Of a stretch of 64,000 nucleotides of DNA, positions 1 through 14,291 are shown piece by piece. The DNA is from Podarcis gaigeae (Eukaryota): NCBI GenBank assembly GCA_964106915.2, contig OZ066930.1; one strand, given 5' to 3'. The notes under the pieces are model-generated. The model saw nothing but the letters and a program-made list of their open reading frames with translations, did no database searches and was not told the DNA's origin. Made by a program: the position numbers and the translations under genes. Numbering within the stretch: the stretch's first letter is position 1; each line of letters starts with the position of its first letter.

Positions 1-1610
1 TATAATTTTTAAAGAACATAAAAATGTGTGACCCATATTTTTTTTAGAAAAAGAATCATCTGTTCAGTGTGGAATTCTTTTCTGATAAATTTCAGCTTAG
101 TTCTAGAGGGTACGCACACTCTGCAGGTCCTCATGATGGTGTTAACTTCTTGGTTTAATCTTCTGTGCTCCAACTTTCCTAATCACTCTACCTACACCTT
201 CTATGACTCCTAAAATGTTTCCCTACCTATTCCTGATCTTTCACTAAAGGAAAAATAGCCCAGTAAAATCAGACCAAAAGGTGATCAACTCTTGTTATAA
301 ACTCACACAATCTTTTATGTCACTTTGTTTGCAGCAGGGCTAAGATGAGTTCTTCTTCAGTAGGATTTAATCTGAGCCAAGGCTCACCAGAGTTTGAAAC
401 ACAGGGCTCAGCTGTGACATGGCTGAGGGCTTTTGAACATGTGCAGAGTGCTTCTCCTCCTCTTGCACAACTGAAAAATCACCAGCAAGAAAACATCTGG
501 GATTGCAGATATGGACTTGTAGAGGAGAAGGTGTGGCTTCCTGGTTGATTTGTAAGGCTTGTTGTAGTTTTGAAGTCACAACAGGACATCGGACTCTCCT
601 TGGGAAAAGGTAAAGTTCCAGAAACCTCTTTTTTGTTGTGTGTGTCTCCTTAAAGCCAGAACATCCCAGCCCCACAGAACACATCAGCTGCAGCACCCTA
701 GATATTCAAAAGTATTAATTTGGCAAGTACACAAGCCCATTTCTTATAGGGATCAGCTCCAATAGATCGAGGACTTTTGCTTTTTGTAAACTGCCCTGAG
801 GCAGGCTGAACTTTTGTCACATCCCAGGAAATAGGCTCCTGTCAGCCCGTTTTGACCTCTATCCAACCAGTGTTGTTGAATATGTGAGCGGAATGAACGA
901 GGGGGTGGGGGAAGAGGAAAGAGAGTAAATGTTGGGAGAAGGAACAAGAAATAAGGAGAAGGCCATTGGGGAGGCTATGGTTGGCTTTGCCATGTACGGT
1001 TTGCTCTTTCATCATCAAACAACAAATTGATCCTGGAGAGTCTAGCTGGGGATGAGAATCTTTTACTTTGAAACACAAAGACACAAAGCCTTTGGATCTT
1101 TTATCTGCGCTCCCCTCTCCATGCAGTCCCTACAGATGCTTATTCCTATTCCTGTAGCTGGAGGGGATGGCTTCTTTGCCTGAGGCTACAATCCACATAC
1201 CACACTTAATCTGGTTTAGTCTCATTGCAGTCAATGTGGCTAAACATGGTTTTATTGCAAGAAGATACTTGGTTTTTATAGGTGGGTTTTGCCTCACAAT
1301 AATGCTTTAAATATTAATATTGCACATTTCAGATATTAAAAGGATTTGACTTAAACTCAGGAAATCTTACAACAGCCCTGTAATGTAGGTTACTATTATT
1401 CCTATATTGCAGATAGAGAGCTGAGACCAGGAGAACTGTAGTTTATCTAAGAAGACCATCTACTGAGTTCATGGCAAAGGTAAGCTTTGATCTAGATCTC
1501 TCCAGGCTCACAGCTTATATACTACACTTGGTTTTACCAGTCATTTGGTCTGGAATAGACATCCTTCGTTCACTGCAATTTTATAGAAAACCCAGGAGGT
1601 GTCATTGCCA

Positions 1611-1662
<52 letters not shown>

Positions 1663-1702
1663 TATTTATACCCTGCCCATCTGGCTGGGTTTCTCCAGCT
1701 AC
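1611..1702 (-). repeat. (AAT)n microsatellite attached to the 3' tail of a LINE/SINE fragment
   Basis: About 16 AAT units followed by ttatttataccctgcccatctggctggg. Confidence 0.75.
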
Positions 1703-2895
1703 TTTATTATTTCATTTGAGAATATTCTTTGTTGCCTTCCCATCTCAGAACTGATCTGTGGTGATTTCTTTTTATTCAAATGGTATTTCAGTCCAGTATG
1801 GAGTGATAACTGGGAAGGTTTCTCTGGGGTGGTCTCCCTTTAATTAGTAGCTTCCTCTTTGTCTCTTTCCTTAAAATCAAGTGTTTTATTTCTCTTCCCT
1901 CAAAATCAATTTCCAGATGTGAATTTTTCACAGTTCAGTACTGTTAAAATACAATACTAAAAAATAAAATATATAAAGTTCATGAACCATCTTGATAATA
2001 CCTTGTGGAGGGAACAGGAACTGACTAAGGAACATCCTACCTATTTTAGAGAGGGCATGCCTGATGATACTGGGCAGGGCACACGTGAAGATTAAAACCA
2101 GATGTATTGTTAAAAAAACACACCCTATTTTGCTTATGCAACCTAAGTCAGGCACCAGAGGGCGCTTGTGCTGTAAGTTTCCCCCCTAAACGGAAAAGGG
2201 GGAGGTTCAACCGCTTCCTCCTTCCATGCTGTGATGGGGTGGGGGCAGGAGATGAATTAAACTAGGAGGTGGTACTGAGTTGCCTCCAGGTCACTTGGGA
2301 TGTTGCTGCTTGCTTTTTCACTGGGTCATATGACCCTGGATTCAGGTTGTGTGCCAGAGACCCAGTGTCACCTTTGGAGGAAATGTCCCTGAGACTGGAA
2401 TTAGAGTCAAAGAAGAATGAGATCACAAGTTAGAGGGCACTCTCTCACTCAGCACCCCCACCATCCTGTACTGCTTGCTGCTCTCCCTGCTGTTGTATCT
2501 TACAACAATATGTAAGATTCTCAGCACTAACCTTTTAACATATATGACCTTTTAACATGCATTTTTACCCCTTTAACTCCACACATTTCTCTCTCATTAT
2601 TAAGCTTGCGTCATCACCATCTCCTCCTTTTGAAAGCACAAGGACCTAGTGAGAGCACAAGGACCTAGGTCACACAGATTAAACCTGTGTTTAATTCCAG
2701 TCCTCTGCTTTGTGACTCAGCTTTCTTCCTCTGAATGTTACCTGTATCCTTGTTTTGAATGTATTATATAGCACAAAGCATCATAGTTTCCTGTTAGCCT
2801 GCTGGAACCGAAACCCATTCAGAGAAGCATCAGAAGCAGTTAGTGGCTCCAGAGGCCCACAGAGGGGAAGGTGATAAAAACACAAAATTTAACAT

Positions 2896-3032
2896 CAGAG
2901 GTGGGAAACTGCGACCTTCCATATATTGTTGCACTCCGACTTCCATCATTTCTGACCATTGGCCATGCTGACTGGAGCTGATAAGAACTGGAGTCCATCA
3001 ACATCTGGAGGGCCACAGGTTCCCTACTGCTG
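2896..3032. mobile_element. Older hAT-like palindromic MITE. Related copies at about 29250-29380, 32270-32410, 37371-37508, 41498-41636, 45045-45115, 46995-47110, 53842-53977 and 62268-62437
   Basis: Shared gggaac..ggccctccagatgtt..actacaactccc..aacatctggagggccacaggttccc inverted structure. Confidence 0.75.
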
Positions 3033-3108
3033 CTTTTCACAACCTTGATAATTAATTGTGTGTTTTTGCCTGAGTTCTGTAAGTGCAGCAGCTTTGCTCA
3101 GATTAACA

Positions 3109-3336
3109 CAGTGGTACCTCAGGTTACAGATGCTTCAGGTTACAGACGCTTCAGGTTACAGACTCCACTAACCCAGAAATAGTACCTCGGGTTAAGAATT
3201 TTGCTTCAGGATGAGAACGGCTGCACGGCGGCAGCGGGAGGCCCCATTAGCTAAAGTGGTATCTCAGGTTAAGAACAGTTTCAGGTTAAGAATGAACCTC
3301 CAGAACAAATTAAGTTCTTAACCCGAGGTACCACTG
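3109..3336. mobile_element. Tc1/mariner-superfamily MITE
   Basis: TIRs cagtggtacctcaggtta / taacccgaggtaccactg; TA on the right flank, CA on the left; internal tcaggtta repeats. Confidence 0.8.
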
Positions 3337-4485
3337 TAGTGTCCTTGGTTCGCATTATCTCTCTATCAGTTTATCTCCTACACTGGAAGTATGCATTAAT
3401 CTTTATAAAGATGGGAATACTACATTTTTATATACTTGCAAATAGTATTTTCCTGAAGTTGTGAATATGATCAGAACAAAATGCTTCATTTCTGAATGAT
3501 TGCTGCCAGAGTCCTTAATGCAGTTTCATGTCTTTGTCTGCATGAACAGCCACAGCCTGCTTTTCAGTCCAAAACTGTGGCCTTTTGATTCGCCTGGCCT
3601 TGGATTTTTGTGACAAAAGTTTTGAGGGTGCTCTTCAGCTCTCATTCCTTGGGTGTTATTTCACACATGGAAGCAGTTTCCCTGCAGCTAGGCACAAGTG
3701 CCTCAACCCTTCAGGCCCTTGTCTCCCTCCTTTTATGTTAAACAGCTCTTTGACCCAGCCTTCTGCTATTCTATACTCTGCTTTCCACCATTGGGCCCCA
3801 AACCACATCCCCCCCCCCATCTCCTTTTCCAAGAATTGACCTTCAGTCCAGCTGCTTCCCCTCATTCTGCTCTTCCAAACCTGGAACCACATATTACATT
3901 TATAGCTGCAACAGTTCTTCTCTGTTGAGAACTACAGGTCTTCTTGCACTTCTTACGGCTGTGCCAGTTGTAGATCAAGTTGCTAACTGTAATATATGAG
4001 CACAGAAAGTATGGAGTGTGAACAACAGGCTGTTTCTCTCCTCTCTGTTTGCAAACTGAATATTGTTGGCTGATATTCAAAAAGCATTCTGGCCTAACTG
4101 ATCCACACCACCACCAGGTTTCTTGTCCAGCATCTTTCCTTGAGTAGCATCCACAGTCATGGCTTTTATTTTGTAGCTATTTTTGCAAAGGTGCTGGTGG
4201 TACTATTTCCATTTCCAGCCTATTGTACCTTTTGCTTTGTGAATGACAAAGCAGCTCAGGAAATGCAGGTATTCCTTCTCTTACTGCTGGGGGGGGGGGG
4301 CGCGGGAGGAGGGAGAGAGTGAGCTTCCTTGCATAGCCAGCTCATGTATCCAGTCTCCAGGGGAAAGGCCAAGGTGATGGCAGGAGGAGGGGAGGCTGCA
4401 TTTCACCACATTGGCTCCTTTCCCAGGCTGCTAGAGACAAGCTCCTGTGTCCTCCTTCCGGAGGGGAGGCATCATCACCCTCCTA

Positions 4486-4488
<3 letters not shown>

Positions 4489-4530
<42 letters not shown>
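4489..4530. repeat. (GA)n microsatellite
   Basis: Direct observation. Confidence 0.95.
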
Positions 4531-4534
<4 letters not shown>

Positions 4535-6063
4535 GACAAGCTCAGGCAAGAGGGACTAGTGGTTAATCCAAGAAGAACAATATTGCTCTCTACCCTGTAC
4601 CTCTTCACCAACACTCCCCAGGGAGCAGATTGCTTCTTGCTGTCCAATTCTGCCACCCCCTCCCATCTTTCTTTTCTGTCTGGCATCATCCGTGGCAGCC
4701 TCCTACTTTCCCTTCAGGCCTCTCCAGGTTTGGGGTTTCTGCCAGTCAAATTCTATATCCTCTCTTGGCCAGCATGAATGGACATGGCCAGAGGGACAGG
4801 CAGCTTGGATCATATCTCTTGTTGCCCCCCCCCCCACTCCTCCTCCTGATGAGTAGAGCTGCAAGAGGATGGCTTGGCACAGCTTGACTGAAGGCGCAGC
4901 TGCCACTGCTGAAAGCTTAACCCCTCAAGCACCAGGGCATGGGGCTTCATCTCCATCTCCACCCTAAGGGAACAAAAGGGCAGACATTGTGCTTCTTGTG
5001 ACAGTGGGTTGCTGTAGGTATGGGTGTCTGCAGGCGACTAACTGACACCATGAAATCCATTTGCCTGAGCAGGCAATTTTTCCTACTCTTTCTTGTTGCC
5101 ACTGCTATAGTTCTGCCACACAAACATGCAGGTTAATAACCTAAACTGGTGTCCCTGGTGCTTGGGACTTAGCTGGCTCCTTCCCCATCACATTGTGCGA
5201 ACAAACATTCTTCACCCAGATAGGTTTAGGATTTGGGGTGAAAAGGGAAACTTGCACTTCTCCATCCTCCCTGCCACCAAACACTAGCAACCCTCCCCCC
5301 ACTCACCCCTCGCTCTCCTGGCAGAGGGGGAGGGGGAAGTGTCTGTCTCTTTAAGACTGTCAGGTTGCAGGGAGCAGATGGCATCTGCTTCCAGTCCTTG
5401 TTCTTTGTGTGGCTGCACAAAAGAGGGAGCCTGTCTCTCCTGAATTTACCCCCCCTTTGTGTTGGGGTGGAGCTGGGTGCAGGGAGAATGCAGCTGGGGG
5501 AGGTCTGAAGAAGGGAAGGAACCATATTGGGAGGGGGTGGAGCAGATTTATTGCAAAAGTAAACTTGAATTTTCCAGGCCTTTGTGCACTGGAAAAGGGG
5601 GAAGCCAGGGACTTATTTTATTGTGGATGTAGCCCCTCACTGCACTGCACAAATGCAACCTCAAACCTTCCCTTTCTTAGCCTCTAAACGATGGGGAGGT
5701 GCTGAAGTGGGAAGGTTTGCTGTAGCTGGAAAGCTGGGGACCATCATGAGGAAGGCAGAATCAGCAAAAGAAGAACTAAGTCATTCAGCAAACCCTAGAA
5801 ATAGTGGGCAGTAGGCTTATGTGGGTGGGAAAAGATGGGTCTGTGTATCAGGAGTGGGAATGCTATATGAACGGTAAAGCAGTGGTTATGGGTTCTACAT
5901 TTCTATAGAGGTGGATCTCTGTCACAGAGAAGGAGCACTGGGGAGGGATGCATAGGCATTGTGGACTGTTAGTACATGTGGAATGGACATCTGAGTACAG
6001 GGTATACATGCAGAATACTAAATCTAGAGACATGAGAAGTAGTTCAGAGAAATCCATACATAG

Positions 6064-6123
<60 letters not shown>
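6064..6123. repeat. (GT)n(GA)n compound microsatellite
   Basis: Direct observation. Confidence 0.95.
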
Positions 6124-6128
<5 letters not shown>

Positions 6129-9100
6129 GTAAAGTATGTGGAATGCTTGGGTAGGAAACAGCTGTAGGCACTGGAGAGGGAGCATATAAATTGGGAACAG
6201 CATAGTCTTGTGTGGTGTGTGACTCTCTGCATTCAAGGTGGGGAGTGACACAGTTTGTGGTTTATGAGCAGGAAGGGTATGACTCTTTGTGTAAGGATGG
6301 AGTTTATGGAGCAGCAGCTGTGGAATGAGTGTAGCTTTGCAGCAGCAGAGTGAGGGAGAAAGTATGTGATGGCAGGCAGTGGGGAAATGTGATGGTATAT
6401 GCATAGAGTGATGAAGTAGTAGCAACAGCATGTGACAATAGAGGGAGTGTGTGTGTGGCTCTTTGTGTGCCTAGAGAAGGGAATGCAGGATGTGGAGTGT
6501 GACTAGACTTGAGGGAGCATGGCTATGCTTCTGGATATAGGTGGGAGAGTAGAGTTGTGTATCTGTGTGCCGATGGGGGGGGGGGAGTGCGTACGTGACC
6601 CCAATCAGGCCCTTCCTCTTCCCTCTGCTCTGGGCAGTGCTACAGGCCAGGCACGCTCCCTGGAGGGCAATCAGATCCTTTAATCTTCAGCAGGATGGAA
6701 AGCGGCTGGGGCTGTTCAGAGCTCTCACTCTCCCTTGCATCAGTTCCCCCCACCCCTTGTGCTTTGGCTTTGATGTTCAGCTTCTCCATGTTGAAGCAGA
6801 CAGACTTGGGCATTCACATCCTTGGGCTGCATCTGAGCATGCATGTGCAACGCGCGCACACACGCGCACACACACACATGCATTATTGGCACATGTTCTC
6901 CCATACATGTCCTATTATTCTGTAAGTGCCACAGGGGGAGCAGCTTGTGCACTGAGAAGACTGGAGAGTTTGCAACACTAGTCAGCATCTACTCTAGGCT
7001 CCCTAGCCTGCGGGTTCCTCATCCCACAGCCCCAGTGGAGGGAGGGCTGGTGGAGGGAGGAAGGGTAGGCGGACTCATGAACTCTGGGATCCCTGCTGAC
7101 AGCAGGAGGTTTGAATGGCCTCATATGCGGTGAAGGGACCAGGCAGGCTACTCATTGGTATCTTCTAAATTTAGGAGCCTGATTATAGTTTGGGGCTTGG
7201 AAAGAAGAGAGGAAAATACCCACCAAATAGAAATTCAGCTTGGGAGGAGGAGAGCGAAAAGCACATGCTTGCATGAATCTGCATCATGAGAATGCATTCA
7301 TGATGTGTGAAAGGCACCTGTGCTCCTTCTTTCTCTCACACTCTCAAACACATTATTTTTTCTTGTGCACTCACAGTAACTCCATATGACAGCTTCTCCT
7401 GGGTCATTCCTCAAAAAGAGAAATGCAATACAGACAAGGTGTTGTATTTTAATGCAGTAACGTTTATTGGTGTCAAGTTGGAGCATGCAAGCTTTTGAGC
7501 TGCACAGAGCTGTTCTATCAAAGCAGAATTAATGCGGGCCAGAGTAAAATGTTCCCCTGTAATTCCAAAGCCAATGAAGCAATCTTTCTAATCCTGCATG
7601 TATATTATGTGTGTCTATGTGCATGCATGCATGAACACACACACAGAGTGTCTCCTTCTCACTTGAAGTCTCTGCCCTCAGTCAAACAAGGCAGCCATGC
7701 TGGGTTAACTGTTGGAACAGAAACACACAGTTTTGCTTTTCCCGTAGGAGCAATTTTCCATTGATTGTGTGGTAATTCATCCCACTTGAAATCAAGAGTT
7801 AGACACTCGAGTATTTGCTTTTCTGACTGTTGCAGTAGCAGGACAGTATCCCACTTTTCCTTCATGTCAGTCCAGTTCTTATGGGTGCATTGTGGCAGGG
7901 GCAGCATCTTCCTGGCTGGGAGAAAAACAGTGGCCAGATTGTGATAATGGTGGAAGTTGCCAGATCTCAGAACCCTATCAACAGTGCTACCCTGAGAGGG
8001 GAGTTGGTGTCTCTTATTTCTGAGCCAATATGGAAGCTAAACCCCAAGCAGGGCATTGAGCCAGCAGGGCTGTGCTGCTGCAGAGAGATACAAGCCACCC
8101 CACTGCTCCCATAAGCAAAGATTGTGGTCCTCTTGTCTTAGCCTTGTTGGCTTCCCCTCCAAATCCTGTGTCCTCCTGACCCCACTGCAAACAGAGTGGG
8201 TGGCAGGAACAGTGAGCTATAGCTGTATCTTTCTACTGTTCAAAAGCACAGGGGCTCGCATTAGCTTTATCCATTGTCTAATCATAACCATGGCATGTAA
8301 TCATTGCAAACCTCTTAATACACACAGATAGTCATCTCCACCAAATCAACCATTTTGGGGCCTTGTCCTGACCCACTCAATTTACCCTGGTTGTATGATA
8401 CGAGCAATAAGGGGGTGGTGGTAAAAAATAAAGCACTTTTTGCCTGGTTCTCTCCGCAGCTTGGCAACTGTCTCCTTCCTGGGACAGTATCCTGGGCTCC
8501 TGCTCTCAACCCCACCCCCAGCATGTCACTCAAATAAAGCAAAGGGGGTGGGAGAGGCAGAAGTCCAGCAGGGAGTCAGCAAATCTGTGTTGTGTGGGAA
8601 GTGGGCAGACTGGCCCTTTGCTTTTGTGTTTGCAGCTGCTGCTATTGCCACCCAGCCTGGCATTCACATTCTGGTCTTCCTTGCACCACTCCCTCTGCAA
8701 AGAGAAATGAGCAGTAGTCAGAAGGAAAAAGCTCCCCTATAACTTATAACTCCTTCTTACTCCCCAACAGTCTCCCTCATGCAGCCATTTTTATAGGGCT
8801 GTTGCTGTGTGTGTGTGCGTGCGCGCGCGCGTTTGTGTGTGCGTGCATATGCATGGTGCACACACACACACATAGAGAGAGAGAGAGCAAAGGAGCAGGT
8901 GTCTGTTTAGACAATGCAGTTGCTTTGTCGTGCTCCAGTGGGAGGGCAGGATGGGGGTGGGGTGAAGAAGGGAAAGGGAATGAATGGGGAAGAATAAATG
9001 TAAGAGCAGGATTTCCCCTGTGTGACTGTGACAGTGGTAGACGGGTCTGTGTGCATGACTCCTGCATAGGCTGCTATAGTTTTTTTGCGGAGGGGATTAG

Positions 9101-11189
9101 TGTGCATGTGTGAATAGATATTTGAATGACTGACTGACAAGAGGATGTGATTTAAGAGACATCACTTACATGTGGAGTGAGAGTAGAGATAGTGAACTTT
9201 CTGCTGTCTTTGTTATGCATTGTTCTAAGGGTGTAGCTCATAGCTCTTGAAATTTTGGGTTGAAGGCACAGTGAGAGAATAGAATGCTGGATTTGGTGTG
9301 GTGTTTGGGGTTGAGGGGGAAAATGGTTTGGGTAGTGACTGCTGAAAATGTTTGTTTTTCCATTTCAGTTTCTCCCTTGATCCATTTACCTTACCCAGGC
9401 CTGCTCTGTTTTTCATGCCTTTTGTGACAGCATGTCATGCCGTTAGAGGACTGTGTTTGTCCGGTCCTTGCTGCAGGAAGCAAACTCCCTTCCATAGCTG
9501 CCTGTACTGAATTGATTTAGCCCTTGTCTGACTAAAACACTGTGTCCTCCTAGCGTGGCTAAGGCCTAAATAAAATGGTTTTTCCTCTGTTATGCAGCTG
9601 CTCATGCCAGCAGATCTAAACTGCCACAAAGGCTGAAGGGGCTTGTGGTGTTAGGTTTGCCGTGCTGCAAGAGGTATCAGTTTCATCATGTGTGTATTAC
9701 ACTGGTCTAGGTGTGTGTACAAATGTGTGCATATGCTCTACAGTTTTACATGCTTCCATGTTCCTTATTCTGATTGTTAGCCACTTGGGTTCAAATTCTA
9801 GCCCAGCCACATATATTGTAAACACACACACACACACTGACTGAAAAAAGAGACACATCTGCTTACAGTCCAGGAGCCATCTAGATTCACAAGGTACACT
9901 TAGGAAAATCTGTTTCTCGGTCTCTAATCTCGAGCTAGGAGTAACAACAATGTGCCTCAGCGAGCTTTGAGATTTTGTTGCTGTAGAAAGCAGAAGTTGT
10001 GTGCTTCTACATACTCTTCACTACAGCTCTCCAATGCCACAAATCCCCCTCCTTTGTGTAGGGAAGAGAGAAGCCTGTAATGCTTCCTGGATGATGGACT
10101 ACAGCTCCATACACCATAATCAATCAGGCACAAACTGCCCCCCCTTCTACACACGGCTGTCCCCTCTTATTCTGTCCTCTCATGGACTCTATAAAATACA
10201 AATTAAAACCAGGTTCCACAATTGAGCTGAAGATGGGTTGATAGCCCATCTCAGGACACAAAACCAGAGTAACTGCTCTCCTTTGCAGAAGCAGCCGAGA
10301 TAGAAAACCCTGACCCCTGCATTCCATTCCAGCTAATTGACCAGGAAACAAACAAGACTCCAGAGACAGGGTGGATGGCCTCAGCTCCCAGAGTCCTCCC
10401 TCCCTTCCTGCCAGCTCAATCCCCTCTGCCCCCACTGCGCTCCTCACCACCTCCACGGTACAGGGCTGGAAGGCAGCCTAGGACCTGAGCTCCTTTGACA
10501 CATCAAAGAGCTGTTACAAAGAGTCTGTGAACAAACAGAATTCCCTACTAAAATTCTCCCCTTTGCTTCCTCCCGCTTCCAAGCAGCAGGGTTGGGGAAG
10601 AAGCTATTGTTCCTCCTCTGCTCTCTCCTTCCAGCAGGGAATTTCTCTGTCATGTTGACAGTGCCATGCCTCTTTGCACCCAGGCGCAGTTTTGTCACCT
10701 TGCTTCTCTCCGCCACCCACCACAGCCCTCCTCAACCAGCCATTATTTTATGGCCCTGTTTAGCCATGCTCTTTCAGATCTCCACAATATTTCTTAGCCC
10801 TCCTGAATCATTAGTCTGGCTGCCTTGGAGGCTGGTAGTCTATTCCCACAGTGAATCCTATTGCGAGTAAAATGACAGGAAACAAGAGAGGCTGATATTT
10901 ATGAAATGGAAGAAGAGAGAATGCCTGAAACAACCAAAAAGGGAAAGCAGGGGGGCATCACCACGTGAATTTCCATTGAAATCACCGAAAGTTCTAGCAG
11001 GCTGACGGGAAATGTGGGGAAAGGACCTAATGTTAAGCAGGCTGGGGTAGACAGAGAAAGGATGAATAGAGGAAAGCATGGTAGAGTTTTTTGGGTTAGC
11101 AGCTGGTAATTGGATGGACAATTTACCTGGAGTCCTGGATCACCATGCAAAGAAGGGGTAGAGTTAGGTAAACCCAGGTCTTAAAAGTT

Positions 11190-11337
11190 AGGCAGCGTAC
11201 ACCCCACACATTAAAAACACACCCCTCCCCCCAAACTCATGAGAAGGGTGCTGGGAATTGTAGCTCTGTGAGGTGTAAATTAAAGTTCCCAGCACTATGA
11301 GTCGGGAGTGCTTAAGTGCTTGGTGTGTAAAGAGCCT
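11190..11337. mobile_element. Degenerate MITE flanked by TTA/TAA (Harbinger-like)
   Basis: Imperfect TIR ggcagcgtacacc / ggtgtgtaaagagcc; inner tgctgggaatt/agttcccagca arms. Confidence 0.45.
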
Positions 11338-14176
11338 AAATCTGTGGCTCCCTTTAAGGACCCTCTTCATACCTTATGCAATTCTTCCTCAGGAACTCTT
11401 ACTCACTCTGGCCAACTCACAATGAGTGCCTATTGCTAGAAACAATTAAATGGACCTCCTCTCTCCTATATACACATTGCCAAATACTTAAATCAGTTTG
11501 CTTCAAGTGGGGGATGGGAGAAGAGGTAGGGAAAAGTTTGTCTTTGATTGGGAACATGGACACAGGACTAGCAAGGGGTGTGGCCTGAGGAGAGTCCCAT
11601 GGACCTGAGTTTCTCCACGCAATGTTAAATGCACAACCACCATTCAGTTTAATCTTGAATGTAGCCAGGAAGTGGCTTAAATTCCCCACCCCCAACACTG
11701 ACATTTGCAGTGTCACTTCTGCAAGATATATCACAGGAAGATTGGTTTGAATCCAAGTGGCTACCTGATATGTTGTATTTTCCTTGTAAATCAGTTTATT
11801 ATTACCCATCTTATAAGAGAAAAGGACTAGAATAATATTTTTAACTTGCGTGTAATGGGGTTTTTAAGAACATTTGCTTTTTGTTTTTTCACTATGGTAT
11901 ATATTCATAGACACAGATGTGCAGGGCTGGCCCAAGACATTTTGTCACTGCAGGCAAAATGCCCTGCTGCCCCCCCCCCCAGCAGATCCAGGTCCCTGCG
12001 CTCACCCAGTCCCTGCAGTCTAGCACTGCAACTGTACCCTCACCTGTGGCTGTGCCCATGCTGCCACCATGACACAGTGGCAGGGGTGCAGCTGCAAGGG
12101 CAATGGTGCTGTGATGGTGGTGTAGGAGGTCCTGGTGGGGCTAGCAGGCACACAACAATGGGGTAGGGGAGGGTTGGATCCGCTACCTGAAGCAAATGGC
12201 TTCACCTCGCTTTGTGCATGGGCTGCTCCTGTGTGCAGTAAACCTTGTGTAAGGGCTACCATTTTATCCTTCTCCATGAGTGAGACCACCGAAGAGAATT
12301 TAGACAGAAGCAGCCCAACCATAAGGAAAGGTTAATTGGCTGCCTTAGGCAGCTGATTGTGGTGTGGCAGAGGAGAAAAGGGTCTGATCTGATGAATAGG
12401 ACTCACAACCATTGGTAATTCTCTTACACAGGCTCCCCTGAAATGAATGGGACCTGCGCAAGAACATCATAGTGTGTTGCTCATGTTCATTTCAATGAGA
12501 CTAGTAAAGGACAACTTCCTTCTCAGCTAATTGTGTCCCTCTGTGTAGTGGGTGGGGTGAGTGGATTCATTTGGGTTTTCCTAGTTCTGTTCTGTTCTGC
12601 AGAATTGCAGAGCTATCCACATTGAAGCTGTCTTCTAAAAAGCAGTGTGGTGGAGATAGTGATGCCGAGCGAATAGGTCAATCTGATATAGGGGTGTGGA
12701 CTTGTTTTCTCTCACTTTGGAACTCTCCCATACACAGCAGCCAAAGCTCTACATAGTGAGCATAAAATGACAGCTAAGTGAAATTTTGAGAGTGTTAGAT
12801 GACTTCACAGTTATGTGTCTTATAAAGATGCTACTGTTCTGCTGCTACCAAACAGTGCCTTTCTCCTGGATAAGGAGAAAGTGAGAGAAGCCAGATTAGA
12901 GCAGAAGCAATGGAGGGGGAAGAGAGACTTCCCCACGTGTCTCCTGCTGGGAATTGAATATCAGCATCTCACGGCACCTTCTCCTCATTCGCTACAAGGG
13001 GAACAGACTTCCTCCATCCTTCACCCCTTTGAAGAAATGGGAATTCTTTTCTTTTCTCTCTTTTTTTAAGACAGAGCAGCTTGTGCTTTCAGAGGACTGA
13101 TGTGCTCCCTCCCCGCTCCTGACCTTTTCCTCCCCATTCTGCACATCTGGCCTCCACCCTCCCCTTTCTGCGCGCCTCTTGCCCCTGCGTGCCTCCTCTG
13201 GCCAGATGTGCAGGCAGGCGGAAGAGTCTGAGGGGAGGTGCTAAGGCAGAGAACTGGAACTACTTTCTCACAGCAGCAGCAGGAGCAGCAGCAGCAGCAG
13301 GAGCAAGAGCAAGAGCAAAGCAGCCACAGACTCATTGTGTGAGAGGGAGGGAAAAAGAGATGGTGGCGGCAGCAGTGGGAGACGGCAGCGCCTGCAAATA
13401 ATCCTCTCATGCAACTTTTCCTTTAAGTGCCTCACACGCACGAGGGAGGCTTTCCTCCTGATCCTTCTTCTCTTTCCTGGTGATAAAAACTGGGACTCTG
13501 GAGAGGATATTCCCTTTTTGTACAAGTTACTGCAGCTCTGAAGAAGAAAAGAAAAGGACTGATCTTTTTTTGAGAGGGGGGGGGGCTTAGGTAGACTTTT
13601 AGGGACCAAAGGACTTCTCCCCCTTTTACGTTTACCTAGGATTTTTAAGGTGATATTTCCTCCTTCACCCTTCTTTTTGCTGATTGGAGGATCTTAGCTG
13701 GAGAAGCAGCTTATTTTAGAAGTTATCTTTTTTAGGTTGCTGCTCCCCCAAACACACATCCTATTCCAGGTGTTAAGCTCCCCACTTTCTCAGAGCATCT
13801 CCTACATAACTTCAGCAGTACCGAGTTTCCCCTCATGGTTCATACCCATTACAAGGAAGTTTACAGTAACTTTGGAATGAGAGACAAAATTTCAGAGTGG
13901 GAAAGGAAAACCTGAACTCTGATCTTTCCTCCCTTTGTACAGAATTTACGTTTAACTCCAACCTTCACTGCAATGGATTTTTACAAGGGGCATTAATTTC
14001 CTCCTCTTAATGTTTTAAAGTTGGAAGTTGCAGCAAAGGGGGAGAAGAGACGGCGGAACTTCAATTTTTAAAAATTTAAATAACACACAAGTATTTCAGT
14101 TTCCTGAAAGAGGTACGAAGACTGGAAGGGGAAAATATATCCTTTCCCAGCCCGGTGGTCTGCTGGGACTTGGAAG

Positions 14177-14291
14177 ATGCCTTCCGTAATGGAAAAATCA
14201 GGGATCCTGTCCAGAAGCCGGTCCAAGTCAGCCACCAACGGCAACCACCAGAACTCAGAAGATGACAGCAGTGAAGAGGAACACTCCCACG
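14177..14291 (+). CDS. RCOR2: RCOR2 coding exon 1 ([38 protein letters not shown])
   Basis: ATG at 14177, donor G|gtaagc, phase 1. Confidence 0.95.

Noticed and set aside
1-13000. NAA40 or another upstream gene expected from mammalian synteny
   Set aside because: I found no exon with a recognisable peptide and no CpG-island promoter; probably outside the window.
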